This document shows, in pieces, positions 16,977-25,954 of a stretch of 32,984 bases of DNA (positions within the stretch are counted from its first letter, which is position 1; every line of letters starts with the position of its first letter). The translations under genes were made by a program, and so were the position numbers. The stretch covers positions 1 through 32,984 of the forward strand of contig JBQTHX010000059.1 in NCBI GenBank assembly GCA_052389415.1, in the 5' to 3' direction. The notes below the pieces were generated by a model, which saw only the letters and a program-made list of their open reading frames with translations, was not told the origin of the DNA and made no database searches. This stretch comes from Nitrosopumilaceae archaeon (GTDB lineage Archaea > Thermoproteota > Nitrososphaeria > Nitrososphaerales > Nitrosopumilaceae).

Positions 16977-18617
16977 CTAGTCAAATATTAATCCAGTTAG
17001 TTTTATTTCGAAACCCACGATTGGAATTCTTAGTTTGAAATTATCAATAATTTCAGGTGAGATTTCACCTATCATACCTATCGGTTTTTCATTAATCATG
17101 ATATTAGCAGATCTCCCTTCTGAAAACATTGGTATTGATGCTCCAATAGTCTTACATTCTAATCCACATCCCATTTTGAGAACAGATTGTAAAACAGATT
17201 TACCCTCACTAAAATTGGCATCGTTGGATGCGCAAACAGATGCAAGATGAATCTCTTCTTTTATCTGGTTTGAGAATCTGGAAAATATCACACCAGTTTC
17301 AAATAGTTTTTGCGGATATGGTTCGTGTATGTTTTTGGAAAGGGTATCGATCAATCCTGGAAGAATGCTATCACGCAATATCGTATGCCCTTGACTTTTA
17401 GAATCAATCGTGGATATTATTTTTGAAGAATCTCTCCCTGTTAAATCATATTGAATTTCTTTGCTTACGAGTCCAAAATTCATAGCTTCAAAATAACCCA
17501 GACCGATCATGACTGAGCTCAATTGGTCTAATGATTTTGTAATCTTATTTTTCTGTCCAACATGTGCAGAGGATGGAATGACAGGTTCCAAATTTTGGAT
17601 CCCATAACCAAGAGCAACCTCTTCTACCAGATCCATGGCTCCAAAAATATCTGTTCGATGTTTTGGGACTGTGCAAATGATTTTTCTTCCTAGCAATTTT
17701 GCGTCCAATCTACTTTTTCTTAATGAAGATGTAATTGTAGAAGGAGAAAGATTAACACCAAGAATTTTGTTTACCAAGTCTACTTCAAGAATCATTTTTC
17801 TTGGATTCATCGATGCTGTAGAATTATTGGCTCCAGAAATTTTGGTTGAAAAGATCGTAAATCCTGCATCATTTAATGCATTAGATACAATTGCAAGAGC
17901 GTCCTCAGCAACATTTTTGTCAATGGCGGTAATCTCTACAAGAAGATTTTGTGTATCTTTTGAAATTGTTGTAAGGTTAGAGTTGATTATGGGTGGAAAA
18001 GAAATAGTATTGCCAGATGCGTCAAAAACAATAGGCATTTTTTCTGAACTTCCAAGAATGTTCCCATATTTTGTTCCTACATCTGTATTCTGGAGTATCT
18101 CCGAGATTGACATTTCTGAAGTTGATGCCAAAGGAACAAACCTGTGGTCTTTGTTTACGGTTGTATAGGTGAGTGGAAATTTAACTTTGTCAAGATCATG
18201 GATTCCAATAGATGCTTTTTTTCGTCTTCTACCTATTCCATTATGGAGATCTTCTTGCATTGCGATTATTTGTCTTATTGTTTCATCGTCAAGTTTTCCG
18301 TTTTTTGCTACCACTGAAGTGATAAATGGTCTTACTTTTTTAACAGATGAATTTACTTTGATGTGATATTTTCCTTTTTTTATTTTTAATTTTGGAATTC
18401 CAGTCTTTATTCCAAGAAGTCCCTGCAAGCCTGAAACAATTCCATAATCAGTAGAATAGTCAGGTCTGTTTGGACTGTATTCTACGGATATGTAGTTTTT
18501 TGTTTGTTCTTCTATGTCTAATCCTATGAAAGGTAAAATTGAGATTATTTTTTCTAATGCTACTTTTTTACCTAGTAGTTTTTGCAACCTATTAAAATAC
18601 AAAGTCACTATAGGCAT
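16977..18617 (-). CDS. pheT: Phenylalanine--tRNA ligase beta subunit
   Basis: Start placed at MPIVTLY (18617); PNRPD, QEDLH..IGRRRKKASIGIHD, DLVEEVALGYG and YPQKLFE. Confidence 0.95.
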   Translation of the reverse strand: MPIVTLYFNRLQKLLGKKVALEKIISILPFIGLDIEEQTKNYISVEYSPNRPDYSTDYGIVSGLQGLLGIKTGIPKLKIKKGKYHIKVNSSVKKVRPFITSVVAKNGKLDDETIRQIIAMQEDLHNGIGRRRKKASIGIHDLDKVKFPLTYTTVNKDHRFVPLASTSEMSISEILQNTDVGTKYGNILGSSEKMPIVFDASGNTISFPPIINSNLTTISKDTQNLLVEITAIDKNVAEDALAIVSNALNDAGFTIFSTKISGANNSTASMNPRKMILEVDLVNKILGVNLSPSTITSSLRKSRLDAKLLGRKIICTVPKHRTDIFGAMDLVEEVALGYGIQNLEPVIPSSAHVGQKNKITKSLDQLSSVMIGLGYFEAMNFGLVSKEIQYDLTGRDSSKIISTIDSKSQGHTILRDSILPGLIDTLSKNIHEPYPQKLFETGVIFSRFSNQIKEEIHLASVCASNDANFSEGKSVLQSVLKMGCGLECKTIGASIPMFSEGRSANIMINEKPIGMIGEISPEIIDNFKLRIPIVGFEIKLTGLIFD

Positions 18618-20080
18618 TTTTGCACACTCCTTAACCAACCCAAGTTGTTATTGTAAAATTCACGAACATCGTTTAAAGCAAATTTTAGCATAGCAATTCG
18701 TTCAATACCTCCTCCCCACGCTAGTACATGGTTGGTAATTCCCAGTGGATTAGTAACTTCTGGTCTGAATATTCCCATCCCAAAAAGCTCCACCCATTTG
18801 TCGAGTTTTTCATTATAAACCATTGATTGTAACGAAGGTTCAGTGTAAGGAAAGAAAGTCGGCCAGAACTTTACTTTCTTGAGACCCATCTTGTAGTAAA
18901 ATTCACGTTGTAGACCCATCAAGTCCCGAATTGTAACATTCTTCCCTACAACTATGCCTTCCACTTGATTAAATTCAACAAGATGCTTGTAACTGACCTT
19001 TTCGTTTCTAAACACTCTACCAACAGAGAAAATTCTTGCTTCGTCTGGCTTGTAGTCCGCCAGATGTCTAATGGTTACACATGTTGTATGTGTACGCAAA
19101 ACCATTCGTTTTGCCTCATTTAATTTCCAATTATAATGCCAACCTTTTTCGTGTGATTTGGATACATTATCTATTTGCCTCGTGGACGCAATTTTGTCTA
19201 CCTTGGCATCTTTAAGATAGAAAGTATCTTGCATTTCTCGTGCGGGATGATCTTGTGGAGTAAAGAGTGCATCAAAATTCCAAAAGCATGGTTGGGTAAG
19301 ATTTCCATATACTTCTGTAAATCCAAGACTAACAAAAATTTCTCTTACCTCATTTATTACATCTTGCAAAGGATGCGATCTAGCTGCAAAAATTTCTGGT
19401 GCTGCAGCCTCTACATCGATTGGTGCAAGAGAAACATCTCTCCATTTTCCACTAGTAAGCATTTCAGTAGTAATCTTTCTTTCACCCGTTGACTCTGATG
19501 TGTCAATCATTATCTGTAACCCTTTAGAGGTAAGGTTTACTAGAGTAGTTTTTACCGAATCTAGTTTAATAAAATCAGGTCTTTTCTTAAGAGTTTCAAA
19601 TGCAGACTTGTCTTTTATTTCTGAAACTGGTGTTCTAGCTGCCAAAACTAAAAGTAATTCTTCTTCTGGAGATTTTGTGATATCATCTTTAAGAGAAATG
19701 ATGTTCGTATTCTGACTTTTTGTTATTTCAATCCAACCGTTTTGTCTTGCATTTGAAATTGCCGCACTAAATTCTGATTCTAAAAGAGCAGTTCTGGCGC
19801 TTTCAAATGTACAAACAGGATGTTTTGAGAGATAGTTTACTAATCTTCTCTCTGGCAATCCCTTCTCAAGTGATTCTTTTCCATTTTTGCCAAGGCTAGT
19901 AAATAATAATTCTGATTCTTGGATTTCTATCAAGTTTTTGTATTTGAGCCACTCCAAACCGCGTCTAATCTGATCTATTGAAAGTTGTGTATTTTTTGCA
20001 AGTTCGTCGGGGCTGATGTTGGGTGTTTGTTTCAGAGTCTTGATTATTTTATGTTCTATTGGATGAAGAACTTGCGACAT
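18608..20080 (-). CDS. pheS: Phenylalanine--tRNA ligase alpha subunit
   Basis: Start placed at MSQVLHP (20080); WNFDALFTPQDHPAREMQDTF, LRTHTT, FRNE, FPYTEPS and GIERIAM. Confidence 0.95.
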   Translation of the reverse strand: MSQVLHPIEHKIIKTLKQTPNISPDELAKNTQLSIDQIRRGLEWLKYKNLIEIQESELLFTSLGKNGKESLEKGLPERRLVNYLSKHPVCTFESARTALLESEFSAAISNARQNGWIEITKSQNTNIISLKDDITKSPEEELLLVLAARTPVSEIKDKSAFETLKKRPDFIKLDSVKTTLVNLTSKGLQIMIDTSESTGERKITTEMLTSGKWRDVSLAPIDVEAAAPEIFAARSHPLQDVINEVREIFVSLGFTEVYGNLTQPCFWNFDALFTPQDHPAREMQDTFYLKDAKVDKIASTRQIDNVSKSHEKGWHYNWKLNEAKRMVLRTHTTCVTIRHLADYKPDEARIFSVGRVFRNEKVSYKHLVEFNQVEGIVVGKNVTIRDLMGLQREFYYKMGLKKVKFWPTFFPYTEPSLQSMVYNEKLDKWVELFGMGIFRPEVTNPLGITNHVLAWGGGIERIAMLKFALNDVREFYNNNLGWLRSVQKCL

Positions 20081-20132
20081 TATCACAAAAAGCAGAAAAG
20101 ACTTTTTAAACCTTAACCTATCTGAATGATGA

Positions 20133-21248
20133 ATGCCAGAAGACGATTTCATAGTTACTCCTTGGAGCGTTGATGGCGACGTTGATTATGACAAACTTGT
20201 CCACAAATTTGGGACCGAAAAAATTTCACAAGAGCTTCTTGAGAAGATAAAAAAGAAAACGGGCGAGCTGCATCCAATGTTAAAGCTAGGATACTTTTTT
20301 AGCCATAGAGATTTGGATAGAGTCTTATTTGAATATGAAAAAGGGAACAAATTCTATCTTTACACAGGTAGGGGGCCATCAGGTTCAGTACATATGGGAC
20401 ATTTACTTCCCTGGATCTTTACTAAATATTTACAAGATAAATTCGATGTTAATTTGATCTTTCAAATAACAGATGATGAAAAATTTCTCTATAGTGACGA
20501 GAGATCCTTTGAGGACGTATCAAAGTACACTTATGAAAACATCTTAGATATCATCGCAGTGGGATTCAATCCAAAGAAGACAAAGATCTTAATTGATTCC
20601 AAGGATATACAACGAATTTACCCAATCTCTTTGGAAATTGCTAAACGAATTACATATTCTACAGTAAAGGCAGTTTTTGGGTTTCAAAATTCTACTAATA
20701 TAGGAATGATAGGATTCCCACCTATCCAGGCAGCACCTTGTTTTCTTCCCTCAGTAATAGAAGGCAAACCTACACCTGTTCTCATACCTGCTGCAATTGA
20801 TCAAGATCCATATTGGCGAGTAACAAGAGATATTGCAGAAAAAATTGGATATCCAAAACCTGCACAAATTCATTCCAAGTTCCTCCCAGGTCTAGGAATG
20901 CAAGGAAAGATGTCTTCTTCCATACCAGAAACTGCAATTTTTACCACAGATGAAGAAGATGCAGTTGATAAAAAGATCTCAAATTCGTTTACTGGAGGTC
21001 AGCCAACTATTGAATTACAACGGAAACTAGGAGCCAACTTCAACATATGTCCAGTGTTTTGGTATTTACGATATTTCTTTGATTCCGAAAAAGATTCTGA
21101 TGAACGAGCAAGAAAATGCAAGGGCGGTGAATTGTTATGTGGTGAATGTAAATGTGATCTTAAAGATTCTACAAAACCTTTCATAATAGATTTCAAGAAA
21201 AAAAGAGAAAAAGCAAAAAACCAGTTGAACCAGTTTTTGTTTGAATAA
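20133..21248 (+). CDS. trpS: Tryptophan--tRNA ligase (archaeal/eukaryotic type)
   Basis: VTPW, YTGRGPS, HMGH, QITDDEK, AIDQDPY and KMSSS. Confidence 0.96.
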   Translation: MPEDDFIVTPWSVDGDVDYDKLVHKFGTEKISQELLEKIKKKTGELHPMLKLGYFFSHRDLDRVLFEYEKGNKFYLYTGRGPSGSVHMGHLLPWIFTKYLQDKFDVNLIFQITDDEKFLYSDERSFEDVSKYTYENILDIIAVGFNPKKTKILIDSKDIQRIYPISLEIAKRITYSTVKAVFGFQNSTNIGMIGFPPIQAAPCFLPSVIEGKPTPVLIPAAIDQDPYWRVTRDIAEKIGYPKPAQIHSKFLPGLGMQGKMSSSIPETAIFTTDEEDAVDKKISNSFTGGQPTIELQRKLGANFNICPVFWYLRYFFDSEKDSDERARKCKGGELLCGECKCDLKDSTKPFIIDFKKKREKAKNQLNQFLFE

Positions 21249-21252
21249 TAGA

Positions 21253-21534
21253 ATGAAAAAAAGTATTGCGTGTGAAGACAAGTATGAAGCAAAGAAACTC
21301 TCCGGTTTAATTTATGCTAAAGAAAACAAAGAATCCTTCATTACTGGTATTTTAGAGGTTATTGATAATGAAGTGATTATTTCTGTAAAGGATAAATCTG
21401 CACACAGTATTTTGTTAAAAGATAAATTTGAAGTAGAATCATTTGCGGATTTTATACAGTCAGTTATTGAAGAAAAACATAGAATTACAAATACTACAAT
21501 TAATAATGATGTAGTCGAGATTACAAAAGAGTGA
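21253..21534 (+). CDS. Hypothetical protein
   Basis: Open frame directly after trpS; ATG at 21253 preferred over the TTG at 21241. Confidence 0.7.
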   Translation: MKKSIACEDKYEAKKLSGLIYAKENKESFITGILEVIDNEVIISVKDKSAHSILLKDKFEVESFADFIQSVIEEKHRITNTTINNDVVEITKE

Positions 21535-21873
21535 TCATACTAAGGATTTGTCCATTTCCGAAGTCATTATTTCTTGTACCTTAAGAAAATATAATCTAGT
21601 TGAATAAGGCATGTCATCCAAGTGGTTTTCTATAGCCATCATAAAGTATCTCACAGCGCGTTTTGATATATCCAAATTAAACTTCATTTGTAGCACAGGA
21701 TCCTGTTTTACGTTTATCTTGTCTACTAGCCATGGCGGAGCATTATCCTTTGCTTCTTGAATGACTTTGTCATACCATTCTGCAATGTTTTCTGGATTAA
21801 GACCATCTCTTAGATCTTCAATATTCTCAGTCATTTTGTTAATCATGAAATTTGTCAGATTTTTCATCAGCAA
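21535..21873 (-). CDS. Hypothetical protein
   Basis: 112-aa ORF filling the gap, protein-like composition; start uncertain (21873 or 21867). Confidence 0.72.
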   Translation of the reverse strand: MLMKNLTNFMINKMTENIEDLRDGLNPENIAEWYDKVIQEAKDNAPPWLVDKINVKQDPVLQMKFNLDISKRAVRYFMMAIENHLDDMPYSTRLYFLKVQEIMTSEMDKSLV

Positions 21874-21931
21874 ACATACACAATTTTTGTTTTAATTCCC
21901 TTACTCAAAGATAGACAAGTTGTTTGTCAAC

Positions 21932-22396
21932 TCAACACAAATTTCCGTCAGCATCAACTTCAGAGTCTTTAATTCTTGTTGTGGATATGCGTTTACCATC
22001 TTTAGCAAGAACCATTGGTACACTTTCTACAGATACTGGTGGAAGATCTTTCTGAGAGCGCAATTTGTTTAATATTTCACCTTTCTCTACAGTCTCTTCA
22101 CTAACCACTAATGCTTCTACTTCCTTTCTTAATACCGCAGGTCCGAAATCATTCTCAAGTTTGCTTATTTCATAATGAGAGTTTGGAAAATTTTTGTTAA
22201 GAAAGGATTGGAGAGATTCTAATCTTTGAGAATAATTGTGCAATAGGTTTTTTCCTTTTTTTAATGCAAGTTCATCGCTTGTGAGTCCAATAATAACTTG
22301 GGACGATATAGAAAATCCTTTTTGTAACAACGCATGGTGTCCTTTGTGGATAATATCAAATGTTCCTCCAAGGGCTATAATCTTGAATTTAGACAT
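21932..22396 (-). CDS. coaD: Phosphopantetheine adenylyltransferase (archaeal type)
   Basis: GGTFDIIHKGH, IGLTSD, ALVVSEET and RISTTRI. Confidence 0.92.
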   Translation of the reverse strand: MSKFKIIALGGTFDIIHKGHHALLQKGFSISSQVIIGLTSDELALKKGKNLLHNYSQRLESLQSFLNKNFPNSHYEISKLENDFGPAVLRKEVEALVVSEETVEKGEILNKLRSQKDLPPVSVESVPMVLAKDGKRISTTRIKDSEVDADGNLC

Positions 22397-22426
22397 AGAG
22401 ATACTTTGTTTTCTTTTAGATTTACT

Positions 22427-23506
22427 TTACTTTACAAGCATCACGTTGATATGACGACTTGGCTCAGCAAGAGCTACTGCATCTGGGTCCCATACATAAA
22501 CCTCAACAAAGAACGCCCCAGGTCTCTCTGGGATCCAATTTACTGATATTTCTTGTTTTTCCATACCATGGAATACTCCTGGTATAGTACCTATGAATTC
22601 AACTATGGCCGTGTCATCTTGGATTTCTGCTGATTCTGTCCCAATCTGTTTGATTTGAACATATGCAACATAAGCCTGTTCAGAATTTTCAGGAGCATAT
22701 TTTATCCATATTTCACTAGTTATCTTTGTTGGATTTCCAACTGGTATTGAAGAATATTTGTTTCCAATCAGGTCAGTAACTGACACGTCATTTATCGTAA
22801 CAAGTTCTGTAGCTGAACGCAGTGTGGTTTTTACATCGGTAATATCAGTTAATGAAGATTGATAATTTTCCGATTCTGCAACGAGTCTGTATGATTTTGT
22901 AATAGAGTTAGGAGTAGAACTTATTGTAAAGATAGATGTTTTTCCAACACCAATATCTCCTGGTTGCGTTATAGATGATGATACTCCAACAACTCTTCCA
23001 AAAGGATCGTATGAGATCAGATGTATGGTAGTACCGCTCGTCAAAATGGTACCAGTATTAAGTATGGTTCCTGAAATTACAAGTTGATCAGAAATTTCTA
23101 GAGTTCCTGGAGTGATTACAAGCATCTGTTGTATCCCAGGAGAAGAATTGAACCCCGTTAAATTAACTGAGATTTCTGTTATTGATGGATCTGGTTTTGA
23201 GATAATTGAAAATGGCGCTTTTCCACCTGCTGGAATGACTTTGAGTAGTGTTGTACCAGTCTTGTATTCTATAATTTTTCCAGTTTCATCATAAAACGAG
23301 ACTCCTAATTTTACACCAGTAACTGGAAAGTTGTTTTTGTTTTGTACTTCACCCAGAACTACTGTTGAGCCATCTTCAGATTTATAGCTATAAGGGGTTA
23401 AGACCTCAACAGTTAGTGTGTCACTAGGTTTGACGTTTTGTGCCCATGAAAGTTGAGACGGAAGAATAAGAGATGCTAGCAAAATAGCAAAAACGATTGA
23501 TTTCAT
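22427..23506 (-). CDS. Secreted/surface protein with tandem Ig-like (FxLYD-type) domains
   Basis: Signal peptide MKSIVFAILLASLILPSQLSWA; repeated 'V.GEV.N...SFYDETGKII' / 'ISGTILN...SYDPFGRVV' units; C-terminal VNWIP..PG.F.VEVYVW. Confidence 0.8.
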   Translation of the reverse strand: MKSIVFAILLASLILPSQLSWAQNVKPSDTLTVEVLTPYSYKSEDGSTVVLGEVQNKNNFPVTGVKLGVSFYDETGKIIEYKTGTTLLKVIPAGGKAPFSIISKPDPSITEISVNLTGFNSSPGIQQMLVITPGTLEISDQLVISGTILNTGTILTSGTTIHLISYDPFGRVVGVSSSITQPGDIGVGKTSIFTISSTPNSITKSYRLVAESENYQSSLTDITDVKTTLRSATELVTINDVSVTDLIGNKYSSIPVGNPTKITSEIWIKYAPENSEQAYVAYVQIKQIGTESAEIQDDTAIVEFIGTIPGVFHGMEKQEISVNWIPERPGAFFVEVYVWDPDAVALAEPSRHINVMLVK

Positions 23507-23631
23507 ATCGACACATTTCAAAAGCGATTAATCATATGCTGTATATCATAATCTAAACAACGTGGACTAGAAGGTTTTACCTACATATAGGCAAACAAAA
23601 TAAGAAAAAGAAAACAAAGATGTTAGTACAT

Positions 23632-23733
23632 CTATTTTTTACTCTTCATAGCGGTAATTGCAAGCCAGTATACTAAGCCTGGTGCTAATCCCACTATCAA
23701 AGGAATGAAAACTGCTACTTCTTCGTTTGGCAT
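23632..23733 (-). CDS. 33-aa single-TM microprotein MPNEEVAVFIPLIVGLAPGLVYWLAITAMKSKK
   Basis: ATG 23733 to TAG 23632; acidic N-terminus, ~22-aa hydrophobic helix and basic tail; TTTAAATA box ~33 nt upstream and T-rich tract downstream. Confidence 0.65.
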   Translation of the reverse strand: MPNEEVAVFIPLIVGLAPGLVYWLAITAMKSKK

Positions 23734-23811
23734 TTAATTTCCCTACACAGCAGAGAACCAAATCATATTTAAATCCATCTTTCACAGGCATGAATCTTGT
23801 ATCTTTAAAGA

Positions 23812-23883
23812 TGGACTGGTGGGGATTTGAACCCCAGACCCCCCGCGTGCAAGGCGGGTATTCTACCGCTGAACTACCAGCCC
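23812..23883 (-). tRNA. tRNA-Ala(TGC), no intron
   Basis: GGGCTGG/CCAGTCC acceptor stem with G3:U70; anticodon arm CCCGC-CT-TGC-AC-GCGGG; GTTCAAATC T-loop. Confidence 0.96.
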
Positions 23884-23968
23884 ATCAATGGGAGTTCAAG
23901 ACCTGTGGATTTTAATTGTTGCCTTCGTTTAGGCAAAGATTTTATTGATATTGTTAAAACAATTTTTT

Positions 23969-24529
23969 ATGGGTGTGCTAAAATCAGAAGTTGTCTTAAA
24001 GACAGGTGACAAGGCGCCTGATTTCAAGCTTTTAGGTATTGATGACAAGTATCATGAACTTTCAGATTACAGAGATTACAAGGGTTTGTTAATAGTTTTC
24101 ATGTGCAATCATTGTCCATATGTTCAAGCCAAGACCAAGGCATTGGTTGAACTTTATGATAGATTTAAAGACAAAATTGCGATAATTGGAATTAATAGCA
24201 ATGATCCTACAAACTATCCCGATGATAGCTTTGACAATATGAAAAAGTTCTCCATGGAGAAAGGAATCAAATTTACATATCTTGTTGACGAAACGCAACA
24301 GGTTGCCAGGAGATATGGTGCGGTTTGTACCCCAGATCCATTCCTTTTTGACCAAGACCGAAAGCTGATTTTTCACGGGAGAATAGATAATGCCATGAAG
24401 CCAGAAGACATTGCATCAGAAAAAACAATGATTCAAAACCTAGAAAATTTCCTTCAAGGGAGGAAGATAGAGAAAGATTTTGATCCATCTATGGGGTGCT
24501 CTATCAAATGGAAAAGCCAGCAAACTTAA
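23969..24529 (+). CDS. Thioredoxin-fold/AhpC-TSA family (PRX-like) protein
   Basis: GDKAPDF, FMCNHCPYV, INSND..YPDDS, CTPDPF, GRID and SMGCSIKW; ATG 23969 preferred as start. Confidence 0.9.
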   Translation: MGVLKSEVVLKTGDKAPDFKLLGIDDKYHELSDYRDYKGLLIVFMCNHCPYVQAKTKALVELYDRFKDKIAIIGINSNDPTNYPDDSFDNMKKFSMEKGIKFTYLVDETQQVARRYGAVCTPDPFLFDQDRKLIFHGRIDNAMKPEDIASEKTMIQNLENFLQGRKIEKDFDPSMGCSIKWKSQQT

Positions 24530-24554
24530 ATGACCGTAATCTTGAAAAATTTTT

Positions 24555-24642
24555 GGGCCGATAGCTCAGCTTGGCTGGAGCGTTCGACTGATAAACTTAT
24601 TCAGATATCGAAAGGTCGTGGGTTCGAATCCCATTCGGCCCA
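24555..24642 (+). tRNA. tRNA-Ile(GAT) with a 13-nt canonical intron (24594-24606)
   Basis: GGGCCGA/TCGGCCC acceptor stem; TTCGA-CT-GAT-A|intron|A-TCGAA; BHB central helix CTGA/TCAG. Confidence 0.95.
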
Positions 24643-24696
24643 TTTTTTAATAGAAAAGACTTATTTTATTCAGAATCTACGGACGGACAGCGGACA

Positions 24697-25494
24697 ATGA
24701 GAGAGAAATTTGTTAATGTCGGTCCCAACAAGATCAGATATCTTGAGGGAGGATATTCCGACAACAGTGTTCTTCTAGTTCATGGTCTTGGAGCTTCTGC
24801 AGAAAGGTGGACGCGTGTAATTCCGCATCTTAGTGAAGAATACCATTTAATCATACCTGATCTTATTGGCTTTGGTTTGAGTGACAAGCCATCTGTAGAT
24901 TACACACCTGAATTTTTCTCAAAATTCATCTTTGATTTTCTTGACACTCTTGGCATTACTAAAATCTCTATGATAGGCTCTTCGCTAGGCGGTCAAATCG
25001 TTGCGGAATGTGCTATTAGTCATAGCGAAATGATTGAGAAGATAGTTCTTGTATCTCCCTCTGGAATAATGAAACAGTCCACTCCTACATTTGATGCGTA
25101 TACTTTAGCAGCTTTGTATCCAACAGCTGAAGGTGCAAAGACTGCATTTCAAATGATGTCAGGTGTTCATAAAGAAATTGATTCTGATACCATAGACGGA
25201 TTTATTCACCGCATGACACTTCCAAATGCGAAAATGGCTTTCATGTCCACAATTTTGGGTATCAGAAATACAGTTTCATTCGCAGAAAGGTTAGAAAGGA
25301 TTTCAACACCTGCTTTGATAGTGTGGGGAAAACAAGATACACTTATTCCAATAGCTTATTCAAAAAACTTTGTTTCCTCAATAAAAAACTGTCAGTTTGT
25401 AGAAATGGAAAATTCTGGACATACTCCGTTTGTTGAGGAGCCAGCTAAATTTTCAGAAATTGTTCTAAGGTTTTTGAACCAAAGACCAGTTTGA
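24697..25494 (+). CDS. Alpha/beta-fold hydrolase
   Basis: HGLG oxyanion motif, DLIGFGLS, GSSLGG nucleophile elbow, WGKQD and SGH. Confidence 0.92.
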   Translation: MREKFVNVGPNKIRYLEGGYSDNSVLLVHGLGASAERWTRVIPHLSEEYHLIIPDLIGFGLSDKPSVDYTPEFFSKFIFDFLDTLGITKISMIGSSLGGQIVAECAISHSEMIEKIVLVSPSGIMKQSTPTFDAYTLAALYPTAEGAKTAFQMMSGVHKEIDSDTIDGFIHRMTLPNAKMAFMSTILGIRNTVSFAERLERISTPALIVWGKQDTLIPIAYSKNFVSSIKNCQFVEMENSGHTPFVEEPAKFSEIVLRFLNQRPV

Positions 25495-25539
25495 GTAGAT
25501 GACCAAATGAATATATAGATTAATAGACATTTAAAACCT

Positions 25540-25947
25540 ATGACAGGCAGTAGTAACCAATATGATCCATCTACATTATTCAAGGAATGGATACAAAAAA
25601 GCGGAAAAGCTCAGGCTGAATTTATGAAAACATTTGGAGCAATGATGGGTCAGCAAAAACAAGAATTTGATCCTGTAGAGACATTAAAAGAAATGGCAAG
25701 CAGAGGAGCAAAAGCCCAGTCAGAAATTATGGAAAATCTTGGAAATATGCAATCCAAAGCAATGGATAGCGCTTTTAGAATTGCACAATCAATGCCCCAG
25801 TTTGTATCATGGGGTGCATTCAAGACCACAGTTGGCAGCAATGGAAGAATTTCTATCCCAGAAGCAGAAAGAGATGCACTTGGATTAAAAGAGGGTGACC
25901 TAGTTCAAGTGGTAATTATTCCCGTAGAGAAAAAGTCAAAAAAATAA
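25540..25947 (+). CDS. AbrB/MazE-domain protein with a helical N-terminal region (PhaR-like candidate)
   Basis: C-terminal TVGSNGRISIPEAERDALGLKEGDLVQV is an AbrB swapped hairpin; the N-terminus is Met/Gln/Ala-rich and helical. Confidence 0.82.
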   Translation: MTGSSNQYDPSTLFKEWIQKSGKAQAEFMKTFGAMMGQQKQEFDPVETLKEMASRGAKAQSEIMENLGNMQSKAMDSAFRIAQSMPQFVSWGAFKTTVGSNGRISIPEAERDALGLKEGDLVQVVIIPVEKKSKK

Positions 25948-25954
25948 ATTATTT

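Noticed and set aside
16777-17038. Plus-strand ORFs of 67 and 81 aa, or a 5S rRNA/SRP RNA, as explanations of the GC-rich gap
   Set aside because: The ORFs lack protein-like features, and no 5S or SRP consensus motifs are present. The minus-strand H/ACA architecture explains the sequence.
15269-18366. Long antisense ORFs (181 aa at 15269-15814; 177 aa at 17635-18168)
   Set aside because: They lie opposite well-supported genes and carry no motifs; codon-bias shadows explain them.
20081-20152. N-terminal extension of PheS in the ORF track
   Set aside because: It overlaps the trpS start and the shared promoter region; ATG 20080 is more plausible.
23727-24009. ORFs of 62 and 60 aa
   Set aside because: They overlap tRNA-Ala on the opposite strand.
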